64,000 nucleotides of DNA from an uncultured Pelagibacteraceae bacterium (GTDB lineage Bacteria > Pseudomonadota > Alphaproteobacteria > Pelagibacterales > Pelagibacteraceae), in NCBI GenBank assembly GCA_902609915.1, contig CACLTO010000003.1, forward strand, positions 3,806 to 67,805. Direction: 5' to 3'. Made by a program: the position numbers and the translations under genes. A model generated the notes under the pieces. The model was not told the DNA's origin. It ran no database searches and was given only the letters and a program-made list of their open reading frames with translations. Positions 1-11,299 of the stretch are shown piece after piece (the first letter of the stretch is position 1; every line of letters starts with the position of its first letter).

Positions 1-1266
1 CTTGATGCTGTTATAAATTACTTACCTAGTCCTATAGACATTGGTTCAATAAAGGGAACAAAACCGAGCTCAGATGAAGAAATTGAGATGAAATTTGAAG
101 ATACAGCTGGTTTTTCAGCACTAGCTTTTAAAGTCGCTAATGATCCATTTGTTGGCTCTCTTACATTTATTAGAATTTATTCAGGAACCATCAAAACTGG
201 TACGGGTATCTATAATTCGTCAAAAGAAAAAGAAGAGAGAGTTGGAAGAATGCTTTTAATGCACGCTAACTCAAGAGAAGATATTAAAGAGGCTAACGCA
301 GGAGATATAGTCGCTTTAGCTGGGCTAAAATACACTATTACTGGACATACATTATGTGATGAAGAAAAACCAGTTTTATTAGAACCTATGGAATTCCCAG
401 ACCCAGTAATTGAAATTGCAGTTGAACCAAAAACTAAAGCTGACCAAGAAAAAATGGGTGAAGCTCTAGGAAGACTTGCAAAAGAAGATCCTTCATTCAG
501 AGTAACTTCAGATGAAGAGTCAGGGCAAACTATTATTAAAGGGATGGGCGAACTTCATTTGGATATTATTGTTGATAGAATGAAAAGAGAATTTAAAGTT
601 GAAGCAAATGTGGGTGCTCCTCAAGTTGCTTACAGAGAAACCTTAGAGAACGCTTCAGAAGTAGAATACACTCATAAAAAACAAAGTGGAGGTGCAGGAC
701 AATTTGCTAAGGTTAAATTGCTTGTAGAGCCTCAAGAACCAGGTGCTGGTAGATCTGTGGAAAGTAAAATTAAAGGTGGTTCAATTCCAAAAGAATTTAT
801 ACCTGGTGTTGAAAAAGGAATAGAAACAGTTTCTGATGGTGGAATTTTAGCTGGATTTCCTATGATTGATTATAAAGTAACAATATTAGATGGTTTACAT
901 CACGATGTTGACTCAAGCGTTTTAGCATTTGAGCTTGCTAGCAGAGCATGTTTTAAAGAGGCATGTACAAAAGGTACTTTAAAATTATTAGAACCAGTTA
1001 TGAGAGTTGAAGTAGTAACACCTGAAGATTATATGGGTGATGTAATTGGAGATTTAAATAGTAGAAGAGGTCAAATCAGCACCCAAGAGCAAAGAGGTAA
1101 TGCAACTGTTATTACTGCCATGGTCCCGTTAGCTAATATGTTTGGATACATAAACAATCTTAGATCCATGTCTCAAGGGAGGGCTCAATATTCAATGTTT
1201 TTTGATCATTATTCAAAAGTTCCCCAAAATGTTCAAGATGAAGTAACTAAGAAAATTGCAGGATAA
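1..1266 (+). CDS. fusA: Elongation factor G, 5'-truncated by the window edge
   Basis: Frame is open from base 1 ([11 protein letters not shown]); motifs [37 protein letters not shown]. Confidence 0.99.
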   Translation, partial: LDAVINYLPSPIDIGSIKGTKPSSDEEIEMKFEDTAGFSALAFKVANDPFVGSLTFIRIYSGTIKTGTGIYNSSKEKEERVGRMLLMHANSREDIKEANAGDIVALAGLKYTITGHTLCDEEKPVLLEPMEFPDPVIEIAVEPKTKADQEKMGEALGRLAKEDPSFRVTSDEESGQTIIKGMGELHLDIIVDRMKREFKVEANVGAPQVAYRETLENASEVEYTHKKQSGGAGQFAKVKLLVEPQEPGAGRSVESKIKGGSIPKEFIPGVEKGIETVSDGGILAGFPMIDYKVTILDGLHHDVDSSVLAFELASRACFKEACTKGTLKLLEPVMRVEVVTPEDYMGDVIGDLNSRRGQISTQEQRGNATVITAMVPLANMFGYINNLRSMSQGRAQYSMFFDHYSKVPQNVQDEVTKKIAG

Positions 1267-1267
1267 C

Positions 1268-1576
1268 ATGGAAAAACAAAACATAAGAATAAAATTAAGA
1301 GCGTACGATAATAAAGTCTTGGATGCGTCTACCGAGGAAATAGTAAATACAGTTAAAAGAACTGGAGCAACTATAAAGGGTCCGATACCTTTGCCTACAA
1401 AAATTGAGAGATATACGGTTTTAAGATCACCACATATTGATAAAAAAAGCAGAGAACAATTTGAATCAAGAACTCACAAAAGATTAATAGACATAGTAGA
1501 ACCTACACCACAAACTGTTGAAGCTCTAATGAAGTTGGATTTAGCTTCAGGAGTAGATGTTGAGATAAAAATTTAA
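1268..1576 (+). CDS. rpsJ: 30S ribosomal protein S10; start at ATG 1268 preferred
   Basis: [30 protein letters not shown]. Confidence 0.99.
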   Translation: MEKQNIRIKLRAYDNKVLDASTEEIVNTVKRTGATIKGPIPLPTKIERYTVLRSPHIDKKSREQFESRTHKRLIDIVEPTPQTVEALMKLDLASGVDVEIKI

Positions 1577-1578
1577 TT

Positions 1579-2289
1579 ATGAATGAAATAGCTTTAGTCG
1601 GAAAAAAAATAGGAATGACTCGAGAGTTTTATAAAACAGGCCAATTAGTTCCCGTTACAGTTTTAAAAATGGAAAAAGCAAGAGTTATTCAAGTAATTGA
1701 TACAGATAAAAGAGGTTATAAGGCTGTACAATTAGGTTATGGAAAAATAAAAAGTTCGAAATTATCAAAGTCTATGAAAGGTTATTTTGCAAAAAAAAAT
1801 ACTGAAGCGAAGAAAAGATTAAAAGAGTTTAAAGTTGATAATTTAGAAAACTATAAAGAAGGCAATGAGTTTGGTTTGGAAATTTTTAAGGATATTAAAT
1901 TTGTAGATACAAAGTCAAAAACTATAGGTAAAGGTTTCGCTGGTGCAATGAAAAGACACAATTTTGGCGGATTAAGAGCAACTCATGGAGTATCAATATC
2001 ACATAGATCGCATGGTTCAACCGGCCAAAGACAAGATCCAGGTAAAGTTTTTAAAAATAAAAAGATGGCAGGTCATATGGGAGACAAGTTAAGAACTATG
2101 CAAAATATTGAAATTATTAAGACAGATTTAGAAAACGAATTACTTTATCTTAAAGGTTCAATTCCAGGTTCAAAAAACTCAGAAGTATTAGTAAAAGGTT
2201 CAGTGAAAAATATTAGTAAATTAACAATTGACGAAAAGATAAAAGCATCAGAAGAAGCTAAAAAGACACCAGATAAAAAGAAAAAATAA
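1579..2289 (+). CDS. rplC: 50S ribosomal protein L3
   Basis: GKKIGMT, GKGFAGAMKRHNF, KKMAGHMG; operon order. Confidence 0.99.
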   Translation: MNEIALVGKKIGMTREFYKTGQLVPVTVLKMEKARVIQVIDTDKRGYKAVQLGYGKIKSSKLSKSMKGYFAKKNTEAKKRLKEFKVDNLENYKEGNEFGLEIFKDIKFVDTKSKTIGKGFAGAMKRHNFGGLRATHGVSISHRSHGSTGQRQDPGKVFKNKKMAGHMGDKLRTMQNIEIIKTDLENELLYLKGSIPGSKNSEVLVKGSVKNISKLTIDEKIKASEEAKKTPDKKKK

Positions 2290-2912
2290 TGAAAATTGAA
2301 AAAATAAATTTAGATGGAAAGAAGAGTTCAATTGAAGTTCTTGACAAAATCTTTTTAGCAAAAATTAATCATAAATTGGTAAGTAATGTTTTGTATAAAG
2401 CAAATGCAAATTATAAAGGTAGACATGCTAAGACCAAACAACAAAATGAAGTATCAGGACCTACATCAAAAATTTATGCACAAAAAGGAACTGGTAATGC
2501 AAGACATGCAAGTAAGAAAGCGCCCATATTTGTTGGGGGTGGGGTAGCACATGGACCCAAAGGTGAATTATCTTATAAAATAAGAAAGTTAAATAAAAGT
2601 GAAAAAAAACAAAGTGTCGCTTCATTAATAAGTGAAAAGATCAAAAATAACAATTTACTTATTTTCAGCGATTTCACTCAAGAGATTAAAAAAACTAAAG
2701 AAATGAGTTTACTTTTAAAAAAATTTGAAATTTTCAATTCTTTAATTATCTTAGATAAATCCTCAAAATTAAAAGTTGAAAAATCTATTAAAAATATTCC
2801 AAATGTTAAGGTTACAGATATTAATCATTTTAGCACTTTTGATATTATCAAATTTAAAAAAGTTGTTTTTACTGAAAGTTCTGTAAAAGAGCTAGAAAAG
2901 AGATTTGCTTAA
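2289..2912 (+). CDS. rplD: 50S ribosomal protein L4
   Basis: QKGTGNARH, GGGVAHGPK; operon order. Confidence 0.98.
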   Translation: MKIEKINLDGKKSSIEVLDKIFLAKINHKLVSNVLYKANANYKGRHAKTKQQNEVSGPTSKIYAQKGTGNARHASKKAPIFVGGGVAHGPKGELSYKIRKLNKSEKKQSVASLISEKIKNNNLLIFSDFTQEIKKTKEMSLLLKKFEIFNSLIILDKSSKLKVEKSIKNIPNVKVTDINHFSTFDIIKFKKVVFTESSVKELEKRFA

Positions 2913-3206
2913 ATGGAAAAAATACACTTATACGATAAAATTTTGTCACCATTATTAACTGAAAAGTCTACAAATTTATCAGGATTAAATAAGATAGTCT
3001 TTAAAGTACATAAAAAAGCAAATAAAAAAAATATTAAGAGTAATATTGAAAAAATTTTTAAAGTGAACGTAACAAAGATAAATATCATAAATAAACAAAA
3101 TCGAACAAAGTTAACTAGAGGAAGAAAAGTCAAAGTATCAGGTTTTAAAAAGGCAATTATAACACTAAAGAAAGGTCAAAGCATAGACCTGACAACAGGA
3201 ATTTAA
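2913..3206 (+). CDS. rplW: 50S ribosomal protein L23
   Basis: PLLTEKS, KKAIITLKKGQSID; operon order. Confidence 0.98.
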   Translation: MEKIHLYDKILSPLLTEKSTNLSGLNKIVFKVHKKANKKNIKSNIEKIFKVNVTKINIINKQNRTKLTRGRKVKVSGFKKAIITLKKGQSIDLTTGI

Positions 3207-3207
3207 T

Positions 3208-4047
3208 ATGGCATTAAAAACTTTTAAACCTTACACAAAGTCGACTAGAGGAACAATCTTAGTTGACAGAACTGGTTTATGGAAAGGTAAACCATTTAAA
3301 AGCTTAGTTTCTTCTAAAAATGCAATGAAGGGGAGGAATAATAATGGACACATAACATCCATTAATAGAGCAGGTGGTCACAAAAAAATGTATAGGCATG
3401 TTGATTTTTATAGAAAAAAATTCGATGCTCCTGCCAAAGTTGAAAGAATTGAATATGATCCGAATAGATCTTGTTACATAATGTTAGTAAAATTTGAAGA
3501 TAATACACATGCGTATTATTTAGCACCACAAAAAATAAAAGTTGGGGATATGGTTGAAAATGGATCAAAAAAAGAAATTAAGGTTGGAAATTGCATGCCT
3601 TTGCAGGATATACCTGTTGGAGTCAATATTCACAACGTTGAGATTCAACCAGGTGCTGGAGGTAAAATAGCCAGATCTGCAGGAACATCTGTTACTATAA
3701 GTGGCTTAGATGGTAATTATAGTTTAATAAAATTAGCTTCAGGTGAAGTAAGAAAAGTTGACTCACGGTCATTAGCTACAATAGGTGTGCTTAGTAACCC
3801 TGACCAAAAAAATATAAAGATTGGTAAAGCTGGAAGGTCTAGATGGCTTGGAAGAAGACCACATACTAGAGGAGTTGTTAAAAATCCTGTAGACCACCCA
3901 CATGGAGGAGGAGAGGGAAAAAGTGCTGGTGGACGTCATCCTGTATCCCCTAAGGGACAGTCAGCCAAAGGTCTTAAAACTAGAGATAATAAACGAACGG
4001 ATAAATTTATAGTTAAAAGAAGAAATAAGCGAAAGGATGTTAAATAA
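3208..4047 (+). CDS. rplB: 50S ribosomal protein L2
   Basis: [20 protein letters not shown]. Confidence 0.99.
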   Translation: MALKTFKPYTKSTRGTILVDRTGLWKGKPFKSLVSSKNAMKGRNNNGHITSINRAGGHKKMYRHVDFYRKKFDAPAKVERIEYDPNRSCYIMLVKFEDNTHAYYLAPQKIKVGDMVENGSKKEIKVGNCMPLQDIPVGVNIHNVEIQPGAGGKIARSAGTSVTISGLDGNYSLIKLASGEVRKVDSRSLATIGVLSNPDQKNIKIGKAGRSRWLGRRPHTRGVVKNPVDHPHGGGEGKSAGGRHPVSPKGQSAKGLKTRDNKRTDKFIVKRRNKRKDVK

Positions 4048-4346
4048 TGGCTAGAGCAGTTTGGAAAGGTCCTTTTGTTGAAGAAAGTTTAATGAAAAAA
4101 GTTGATAAATACAAAATAGATTCAAAAAAAATACCAATTAAAACATGGTCAAGAAAATCAACAATATTACCAGACTTTGTTGGTGTCAGTTTCTTAATTT
4201 ATAACGGTAAAAAGTTTGTGCCAATTACTGTTTCAGAGGATATGGTTGGTCATAAATTGGGTGAGTTCGCTCCAACAAGAACTTTCTTTGGTCATACACC
4301 AGCAGACAAAAAAGCAAAACCTGCGGAGGCAGATTCTAAGAAATAA
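4047..4346 (+). CDS. rpsS: 30S ribosomal protein S19
   Basis: [27 protein letters not shown]. Confidence 0.99.
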   Translation: MARAVWKGPFVEESLMKKVDKYKIDSKKIPIKTWSRKSTILPDFVGVSFLIYNGKKFVPITVSEDMVGHKLGEFAPTRTFFGHTPADKKAKPAEADSKK

Positions 4347-4348
4347 TT

Positions 4349-4747
4349 ATGAGCAAAAAAAAGAAAAAAGAGCAAAGAAAAGATAAAACTGTGAGATCAA
4401 TAAACAACAATATTAGATCAAGTGTGCGAAAACTTAACCCCATTTTAAGAGGAATAGTTGGAAAAAAGGTCGATGTAGCTATAAGAGATTTAACATTTTC
4501 AGAAAAAAGAATTACTAAAGATATAAGAAAAACAATTAATTCTGCTGTGGCAAATGCAGAAAATAATTTTCAATATGATATTGATAAATTAATTGTGAAA
4601 GAAGCTTATTGTGGAAAAAAAATCATAATGAAAAGATTTAGACCTAGAGCTAAGGGTAGAGCAGCGCCAATATTGAAACCTTACTCAAGTGTTACTATTA
4701 TTTTATCTGAGGCTAACAAAATGGAGAGTCATGGGACAAAAAGTTAA
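4349..4747 (+). CDS. rplV: 50S ribosomal protein L22
   Basis: [20 protein letters not shown]. Confidence 0.98.
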   Translation: MSKKKKKEQRKDKTVRSINNNIRSSVRKLNPILRGIVGKKVDVAIRDLTFSEKRITKDIRKTINSAVANAENNFQYDIDKLIVKEAYCGKKIIMKRFRPRAKGRAAPILKPYSSVTIILSEANKMESHGTKS

Positions 4748-5411
4748 TCCAGTAGGTTTTAGATTAGGGGTTAATAGAGGCTGGGACTCTGTTTGGTATG
4801 CTAAAAAGAAGGATTTTGGAAATTATCTAATTGAAGATTTTAAAATCAGAGAGTACATAAAAAAAAATGTAATAAATTCTGGTGTTTCAAAGGTGATGAT
4901 AGAAAGAACTTCAAATAAATGTTATGTTACGATTTATACTTCTAGACCAGGCTTTGTTATAGGAAAAAAAGGAAGTGATATTGATAAAATTAAAAATAAT
5001 TTATCAAAATTTACAAAAAATGAAGTGACACTGAATATAAAGGAAGTAAAAAAACCTGAAACGAACGCCTATCTGGTTGCAGAAAATATAGCACAACAGT
5101 TAGTTAAGAGAATCTCTTATAGACGAGCAATGAAAAGAGCAATGCAATCCTGTTTAAGGTTAGGTGCAAAAGGAATAAAAGTTTCTGTAAGTGGCAGATT
5201 AGGTGGAAATGAAATAGCAAGAACAGAATGGTTAAGAGATGGATCAATACCATCTCACACATTAAGAGCAGATATAGATTATGCTGAAGCTGAAGCCCTT
5301 ACAACGTATGGTATTATTGGTATAAAAGTTTGGATTTATAAAGGTGAAGTTTTTGCAAAAGAATTTAATCAGGAGACAAACAAGATAATTTTGAATGAGG
5401 GTAAAGAATAA
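4731..5411 (+). CDS. rpsC: 30S ribosomal protein S3; start at ATG 4731
   Basis: [32 protein letters not shown]. Confidence 0.99.
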   Translation: MGQKVNPVGFRLGVNRGWDSVWYAKKKDFGNYLIEDFKIREYIKKNVINSGVSKVMIERTSNKCYVTIYTSRPGFVIGKKGSDIDKIKNNLSKFTKNEVTLNIKEVKKPETNAYLVAENIAQQLVKRISYRRAMKRAMQSCLRLGAKGIKVSVSGRLGGNEIARTEWLRDGSIPSHTLRADIDYAEAEALTTYGIIGIKVWIYKGEVFAKEFNQETNKIILNEGKE

Positions 5412-5822
5412 ATGCTTCAACCAGTAAGAACAAAATGGCGAAAGGCCCACAAAGGAAGAATACACGGTAAGGCTTCAAGAGCTAACTTTATAAATTATGG
5501 TGCCTTCGCACTAAAAGCTCTTACACCTGAAAGAGTTACAGGTAAACAAATTGAGGCAGCAAGAGTAGCGTTAACAAGACATATGAAAAGACAAGGAAGA
5601 GTTTGGACAAGAGTATTTCCTAATATTCCAGTTTCCAAAAAACCAATTGAAGTACGTATGGGTAAAGGAAAAGGATCACCTGAGTTTTATGCTTGTAGAG
5701 TAAAACCTGGTAGAATTTTATTTGAAGTTGACGGAGTTTCAGAGGATATTGCAAAAGAGGCATTGTACAAGGCTTCCGCGAAGCTACCTATTAAAACTAA
5801 AACTATTAAAAGATTTTTATAA
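5412..5822 (+). CDS. rplP: 50S ribosomal protein L16
   Basis: [19 protein letters not shown]. Confidence 0.99.
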   Translation: MLQPVRTKWRKAHKGRIHGKASRANFINYGAFALKALTPERVTGKQIEAARVALTRHMKRQGRVWTRVFPNIPVSKKPIEVRMGKGKGSPEFYACRVKPGRILFEVDGVSEDIAKEALYKASAKLPIKTKTIKRFL

Positions 5823-5823
5823 T

Positions 5824-6015
5824 ATGAAAAAGCAAGAAATTAAAAAACTTTCAAAAGACGAGATATTAAAAAATATTGATAAATTAAAGAAGGATTTATT
5901 TAATTTTAGATTTCAAAAAATTAATTCTCAGGTAACAAACCCTTCAAAAATCAATGAAACAAAAATAACAATTGCTAGGTTAAAAACTATATTAAAAGGA
6001 AAAATAAATGCCTAA
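5824..6015 (+). CDS. rpmC: 50S ribosomal protein L29; start at ATG 5824
   Basis: LFNFRFQ, IARLKT; lies between rplP and rpsQ. Confidence 0.96.
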   Translation: MKKQEIKKLSKDEILKNIDKLKKDLFNFRFQKINSQVTNPSKINETKITIARLKTILKGKINA

Positions 6016-6244
6016 AAAAATTTTAACAGGAGTAGTAGTGAGTGATAAACCAAATAAAACAATTACTGTGTTAATAGAAAGGAAGTACTCACATCCGGTC
6101 CTTAAAAAGGTTATAAAAGTTCGAAAGAAATATAATGCTCATGATGAAGACAATAAATATAAAACAGGTGATAAAGTGACAATAATCGAAAGCAAGCCTT
6201 TTTCTAAAAATAAAAAATTTCAAGTAATGGAGAATTCAAATTAA
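6008..6244 (+). CDS. rpsQ: 30S ribosomal protein S17
   Basis: GVVVSDK, HP, AHDE, SKNKKF. Confidence 0.98.
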   Translation: MPKKILTGVVVSDKPNKTITVLIERKYSHPVLKKVIKVRKKYNAHDEDNKYKTGDKVTIIESKPFSKNKKFQVMENSN

Positions 6245-6612
6245 TGATACAAGTTCAAACAGAATTACTTGTTGCGGATAACACTGGTGCAAAAAGAATT
6301 GAATGCATTAAAGTCCTTGGAGGCTCCAAAAGAAGGTACGCTAGTATCGGAGATACAATTGTGATTGCAGTGAAAGAAGCTATTCCCAAAGGTAAAGTTA
6401 AAAAGGGTTCTGTTCATAAAGCAGTGGTTGTTAGAGTTAAAAAAGGGATTCACAGAGATGATGGATCGAAAGTAAGATTTGATAATAATGCTGCAGTTCT
6501 AGTTGATGATAAAGGTGAACCGGTTGGGACAAGAATTTTTGGCCCTGTTACAAGAGAACTAAGAACAAGAGGGCAAATGAAAATAATTTCATTGGCTCCT
6601 GAGGTGCTGTGA
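6244..6612 (+). CDS. rplN: 50S ribosomal protein L14
   Basis: [23 protein letters not shown]. Confidence 0.99.
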   Translation: MIQVQTELLVADNTGAKRIECIKVLGGSKRRYASIGDTIVIAVKEAIPKGKVKKGSVHKAVVVRVKKGIHRDDGSKVRFDNNAAVLVDDKGEPVGTRIFGPVTRELRTRGQMKIISLAPEVL

Positions 6613-6860
6613 TGATTAAAAAAGGTTTAAAAGTAAAAATTCTAGCAGGTAAGGATAAAACAAAAGAAGGTGAAGTTATAGAAATTGACAGACGCAGTAA
6701 TAGAGCGAAAGTAAAAGAACTTAATATGATTAAAAAACACGTGAAAACAACAAAGGAAAAAAAGGGGGGAATTTTCTCAAAAGAGAATTTTATACACCTC
6801 TCCAATTTAAAATTAATTGATGCACAAAAAAAAGATAAGAAAATCACAGCTAAAAAATGA
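6612..6860 (+). CDS. rplX: 50S ribosomal protein L24, short form
   Basis: KOW-like ILAGKDK, KKHVK, IHLSN; lies between rplN and rplE. Confidence 0.95.
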   Translation: MIKKGLKVKILAGKDKTKEGEVIEIDRRSNRAKVKELNMIKKHVKTTKEKKGGIFSKENFIHLSNLKLIDAQKKDKKITAKK

Positions 6861-7414
6861 TGATACCTAGATTAAAAGAAATTTATTTAAAAGAAATACA
6901 GCCGGCTTTAAAAACTGAATTTAAGCTTAAGAATCTAAATATGGGACCAAAAATTGAGAAAATTGTTTTAAACATGGGTTTAGGTCTTGATGGGAATGAC
7001 TCAAAATTTTTAAAATCGTGCGAGGAAGATTTAGCTAAAATTACTGGTCAAAAACCAGTTATAACAAAATTTAAAAAATCTGTTGCAAATTTTAAAACAA
7101 GAAAGGGAACTAGTGCTGGATTAAAAGTTACTTTAAGAAAAAACAGAATGTATGAATTCCTTGATAGATTAGTAAACATAGCATTACCAAGAGTAAAAGA
7201 TTTTAGAGGGTTATCCTCAAACGGTTTTGATAAATTTGGTAATTATACTTTTGGTATAAAAGAACATATTATATTTCCAGAAGTTAGCTTTGACAGAGCT
7301 GACAAGGTAAGAGGTTTAGATATTGTGATAGTCATATCCTCAAAAAACAAAGAACAAAGTTTTGCTTTGTTGAGTAAAATGAATTTCCCATTCATAAAAA
7401 AAGGAGAAAACTAA
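6857..7414 (+). CDS. rplE: 50S ribosomal protein L5
   Basis: [22 protein letters not shown]. Confidence 0.99.
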   Translation: MMIPRLKEIYLKEIQPALKTEFKLKNLNMGPKIEKIVLNMGLGLDGNDSKFLKSCEEDLAKITGQKPVITKFKKSVANFKTRKGTSAGLKVTLRKNRMYEFLDRLVNIALPRVKDFRGLSSNGFDKFGNYTFGIKEHIIFPEVSFDRADKVRGLDIVIVISSKNKEQSFALLSKMNFPFIKKGEN

Positions 7415-7415
7415 A

Positions 7416-7721
7416 ATGGCAAAATTAAGCTCAATCAATAAAAATAATAGAAGAATTAAGTTATCGGATAGATTATTTAATAAAAGGGCAAAGTTAAAAA
7501 AGATAATAATGGATAAAAAAATTTCTCTTGAGGAAAGATTTAAAGCACAGCAAAAACTTTCTAAATTACCGAGAAATTCTGCAAAAATAAGAGTGATGAA
7601 TAGATGTCAAATTACTGGAAGACCTCACGGAGTTTATAGAAAACTAAAAATATCAAGAATTGCTCTAAGACAACTTGGATTACAAGGTAAAATCCCAGGA
7701 TTAGTAAAATCAAGCTGGTAG
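7416..7721 (+). CDS. rpsN: 30S ribosomal protein S14, long Zn-free form
   Basis: NRCQITGRPHG, IPGLVKSSW. Confidence 0.99.
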   Translation: MAKLSSINKNNRRIKLSDRLFNKRAKLKKIIMDKKISLEERFKAQQKLSKLPRNSAKIRVMNRCQITGRPHGVYRKLKISRIALRQLGLQGKIPGLVKSSW

Positions 7722-7733
7722 AAAGGAAATATT

Positions 7734-8129
7734 ATGAGTTTAAGTGACCCAATTGGAGATATGATAGCAAGAGTAAAAAATGCTCAAGCTAGGAACCATA
7801 AAAAAGTAGATTTACCATCTTCAAACTTTAAAAGTAAAATCGCGGATATATTAAAAAATGAGGGATTTATTAAAGATTTTAAAGTTTCTAGTGAGGAGAA
7901 AAAAAATATTTTGTCTTTGGAATTAAAATATCATTCTGGTAATCCAGTAATAAGTAACTTCGAAAGAATTTCAAAACCTGGAAGAAGAATATTTTCAAGT
8001 GCGAACAGTTTACCGAAAATAAATAACGGCTTAGGTATAGCAATATTATCAACACCAAAAGGTGTGATGACCGATATTGATGCAAGAAAACATAAAGTTG
8101 GTGGTGAAGTAATTTGTAAAGTTTTTTAA
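7734..8129 (+). CDS. rpsH: 30S ribosomal protein S8
   Basis: DPIGDM, SKPGRR, GLGIAILSTPKG. Confidence 0.99.
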   Translation: MSLSDPIGDMIARVKNAQARNHKKVDLPSSNFKSKIADILKNEGFIKDFKVSSEEKKNILSLELKYHSGNPVISNFERISKPGRRIFSSANSLPKINNGLGIAILSTPKGVMTDIDARKHKVGGEVICKVF

Positions 8130-8130
8130 T

Positions 8131-8670
8131 ATGTCTAAAATAGGAAAAATAAATATTTCAATACCTGAAAAAGTTAAAGTTGCCATGGCTGGTAATATTT
8201 TAAATATAGAAGGACCGCTTGGCAAAAAATCTCTTAATATAGATTTAGATATGTTTAATTTAGATATTAAAGAGGGTAAAGAAATATCAATTAAACCTAA
8301 AATAATTGATCAAAATTCAAAAAGATTGTGGGGCATGAATAGAAGTTTAATTAATAATGCAGTTATTGGATCAGTTAAAGGATATGAAAAAATATTAGAA
8401 CTTGTGGGTGTTGGGTATAGAGCTGCATTAAAAGGAAATCAGTTAAATCTACAATTAGGTTACAGCCATGATATTAACTTTGCAATTCCCGAAGGTATTA
8501 AGATTGCAGTTGAAAAACAAACAATTTTAAAGATAACTGGTTTTGATAAACAATTAGTTGGATCAGTCGTATCAAAAATTAAAACATTTAGAAAAATTGA
8601 GCCATACAAAGGAAAAGGAATTAGAGAAAAAGGTCAGTATATTTTGAAAAAAGAAGGTAAGAAAAAATAA
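8131..8670 (+). CDS. rplF: 50S ribosomal protein L6
   Basis: GVGYRA, LGYSH, EPYKGKG. Confidence 0.99.
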   Translation: MSKIGKINISIPEKVKVAMAGNILNIEGPLGKKSLNIDLDMFNLDIKEGKEISIKPKIIDQNSKRLWGMNRSLINNAVIGSVKGYEKILELVGVGYRAALKGNQLNLQLGYSHDINFAIPEGIKIAVEKQTILKITGFDKQLVGSVVSKIKTFRKIEPYKGKGIREKGQYILKKEGKKK

Positions 8671-9026
8671 TGAAACTAAACACAAGTATAAGAAAAAAAT
8701 TTCGAATTAGAAATAAACTCAAAAAAGTCGCTAAACCTGGTAGATTAAGGTTAAGCATATTTAGATCATCAAAAAATATTTCAGCTCAAATTGTTGATGA
8801 TACAAAAAATGTTACTTTACTATCAGCTTCTTCAGTAGAGAAAGATATAAAAGAAATGAAAACAAAAAATAAATCTGAACTGTCAATAATAGTTGCTGAA
8901 AAACTTGCAAAAAAAGCACAGGAAAAAAAGATTAGTAAAATCTATTTTGATAGAGGTATTTATAAGTATCATGGTAGAGTGAAGATTTTCGCGGAAACTT
9001 TAAGAAAACATGGAATGGATTTTTAA
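8670..9026 (+). CDS. rplR: 50S ribosomal protein L18
   Basis: RLSIFRS, FDRG, YHGRV. Confidence 0.98.
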   Translation: MKLNTSIRKKFRIRNKLKKVAKPGRLRLSIFRSSKNISAQIVDDTKNVTLLSASSVEKDIKEMKTKNKSELSIIVAEKLAKKAQEKKISKIYFDRGIYKYHGRVKIFAETLRKHGMDF

Positions 9027-9028
9027 AA

Positions 9029-9544
9029 ATGGATAATTTTAAAGAAAAAAAATCAGATGATATTTTAGAAAAATTAGTTCACATAAATAGAATTACAAAG
9101 GTTGTAAAAGGTGGAAGAAGATTTGGTTTTTCTGCTTTAGTAGTAGTAGGAAACCAGGCTGGAAAAATTGGTATTGCTCATGCAAAAGCCAAACAAGTTC
9201 CTGATGCTATAAAGAAAGCAAATGAAATTGCTAGGAGAAAATTAATTCATATTCCTTTAAGAGAGGGGAGAACAATTCATCATGATGTTAAAGCTAAAGA
9301 TGGATCCGGTCGTATTATTTTAAGATCTGCATCAAAAGGAACAGGAATTATAGCTGGAGGCCCTATAAGAGCAGTATGTGAAGTTTTGGGTGTTAAAGAT
9401 ATTGTTGCAAAATCAATGGGAACCTCAAATGCACATAATGTTATAAGAGCTACTTTAAAAGCTCTTATGAAACAAAATTCTCCTAAACAGATTTCTTCCA
9501 TTAGAAATAAAAAAATTTCAGAAATAATTGAGAAAAGAGGATAA
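9029..9544 (+). CDS. rpsE: 30S ribosomal protein S5
   Basis: KVVKGGRRF, GTGIIAGG. Confidence 0.99.
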   Translation: MDNFKEKKSDDILEKLVHINRITKVVKGGRRFGFSALVVVGNQAGKIGIAHAKAKQVPDAIKKANEIARRKLIHIPLREGRTIHHDVKAKDGSGRIILRSASKGTGIIAGGPIRAVCEVLGVKDIVAKSMGTSNAHNVIRATLKALMKQNSPKQISSIRNKKISEIIEKRG

Positions 9545-9996
9545 TGATTGAATTAAACAATAGATCAAAGATAAATAAATCAAAGATTAGAGTTGGAAGG
9601 GGAATTGGCTCTGGAAAAGGAAAAACGTCTGGTAGGGGTGTGAAAGGTCAAAAATCTAGATCGGGAGTTGCAATAAAAAGTTTTGAAGGTGGTCAAATGC
9701 CACTTTATAGAAGACTTCCAAAAAGAGGTTTTAATCCTATCAAAAGAGAGAACATCGCAATTTTAAATTTAGAAAAAATTCAATCATTCATAGAAAAAAA
9801 AACTATTGATACAAATAATGTTTTGAATTCTTCTTTATTAAAAAAACTAAAATTAATAAATAAGAACTCGACAAAACTTAAGATTTTAGGCACAGGTGAA
9901 ATTAAAGATAAAATTAATATTGAAGCTGACTTAGCATCAAAATCAGCGTTAGAAAAGCTTGAAAAAATTGGTGGGTCTATACAGTTAAAAAAATAA
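9544..9996 (+). CDS. rplO: 50S ribosomal protein L15
   Basis: RVGRGIGSGKGKT, FEGGQMPLYRRLPKRGF. Confidence 0.99.
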   Translation: MIELNNRSKINKSKIRVGRGIGSGKGKTSGRGVKGQKSRSGVAIKSFEGGQMPLYRRLPKRGFNPIKRENIAILNLEKIQSFIEKKTIDTNNVLNSSLLKKLKLINKNSTKLKILGTGEIKDKINIEADLASKSALEKLEKIGGSIQLKK

Positions 9997-10008
9997 TCTC
10001 TTAATAAA

Positions 10009-11289
10009 ATGAGCTCTTCATCTTCAAGTACCGATTTAAGAAATAGAATAATTTTTACTATCGGAATTTTAGCCGTCTATAGATTTGGTACATTTGTTCC
10101 ATTACCTGGCATAGATCCTGAACAACTTAAAATTTTAATGGAAGGAAATCAAAAAGGACTTTTAGGCATGTTTAATGTTTTTGCCGGTGGTGCTGTAAGC
10201 AGAATGGCAATTTTTGCTTTAGGAATAATGCCATATATATCTTCATCGATTATCGTTCAACTACTCACTGGTGTATCTGATTATTTCAAAAACCTTAAAT
10301 CACAAGGAGAGACGGGACGAGCTAGGATTACTCAAATAACTAGGTATGGAACAGTATTACTTGCAACTGTGCAAGGATATGGATTGTCTGTCGGTTTAGA
10401 GTCCTCAGCTAATTTAGTAATTAATCCCGGTGTTTTCTTTAAAATTTCTACAGTAACAACTATTGTAGCTGGTACAATCTTTTTAATGTGGTTAGGTGAA
10501 CAAATAACACAAAGAGGAATAGGAAACGGAATCTCTTTAATAATTTTTGCTGGGATTGTCGCAGAAATTCCAAGAGCATTGGTTACAACTTTTGAATTGG
10601 GTAGAACAGGTGCAATATCTACTTTAATGATCATTGGAATATTTGTCTTATTAATATTAACCATATTATTCATTGTATTCATGGAAAGAGCGTTAAGAAA
10701 AATTTTAATCAATTATCCTAAAAGACAAATGGGTAACAAAATGTATGGTGGTGAATCTTCACATTTACCGTTAAAAATTAACCAGGCAGGAGTTATTCCT
10801 GCTATTTTTGCATCAGCTTTGCTGTTATTACCAGTAACATTCTCAAATTTTAATGTTTCAGAAAGTGAAACATTTTTAAATTTAAGTTCTTATTTTACTC
10901 AAGGTCAACCCCTTTATATGTTACTATTTGCATCAGGTATAATATTTTTTACATTCTTTTATACATCAATAACGTTTAATCCTACAGAAACAGCAGACAA
11001 TTTAAGAAAGTATGGAGGATTTATTCCAGGTATCAGGCCAGGGGAAAGTACAGCAATTTATATTGAAAATATTTTAACTAAATTAACAACTATTGGAGCA
11101 TTATATTTAACTTTGGTTTGTTTGATGCCTGAATTTTTAATTGCAAATTATCCAATTCCTTTTTATCTAGGTGGAACATCGGTCTTAATTGTCGTTGTTG
11201 TTGCTATTGATACTGTCACACAAATCCAAACTAGACTCATGAGCTCACAATACGAACAATTGATCAAGAAGACTAAATTTGGTAAATAG
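10009..11289 (+). CDS. secY: Preprotein translocase subunit SecY
   Basis: IFALGIMPYI, WLGEQIT, GIGNGISL, GGTSVLIVV; about 10 hydrophobic segments. Confidence 0.99.
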   Translation: MSSSSSSTDLRNRIIFTIGILAVYRFGTFVPLPGIDPEQLKILMEGNQKGLLGMFNVFAGGAVSRMAIFALGIMPYISSSIIVQLLTGVSDYFKNLKSQGETGRARITQITRYGTVLLATVQGYGLSVGLESSANLVINPGVFFKISTVTTIVAGTIFLMWLGEQITQRGIGNGISLIIFAGIVAEIPRALVTTFELGRTGAISTLMIIGIFVLLILTILFIVFMERALRKILINYPKRQMGNKMYGGESSHLPLKINQAGVIPAIFASALLLLPVTFSNFNVSESETFLNLSSYFTQGQPLYMLLFASGIIFFTFFYTSITFNPTETADNLRKYGGFIPGIRPGESTAIYIENILTKLTTIGALYLTLVCLMPEFLIANYPIPFYLGGTSVLIVVVVAIDTVTQIQTRLMSSQYEQLIKKTKFGK

Positions 11290-11299
11290 ATAACAAAAA

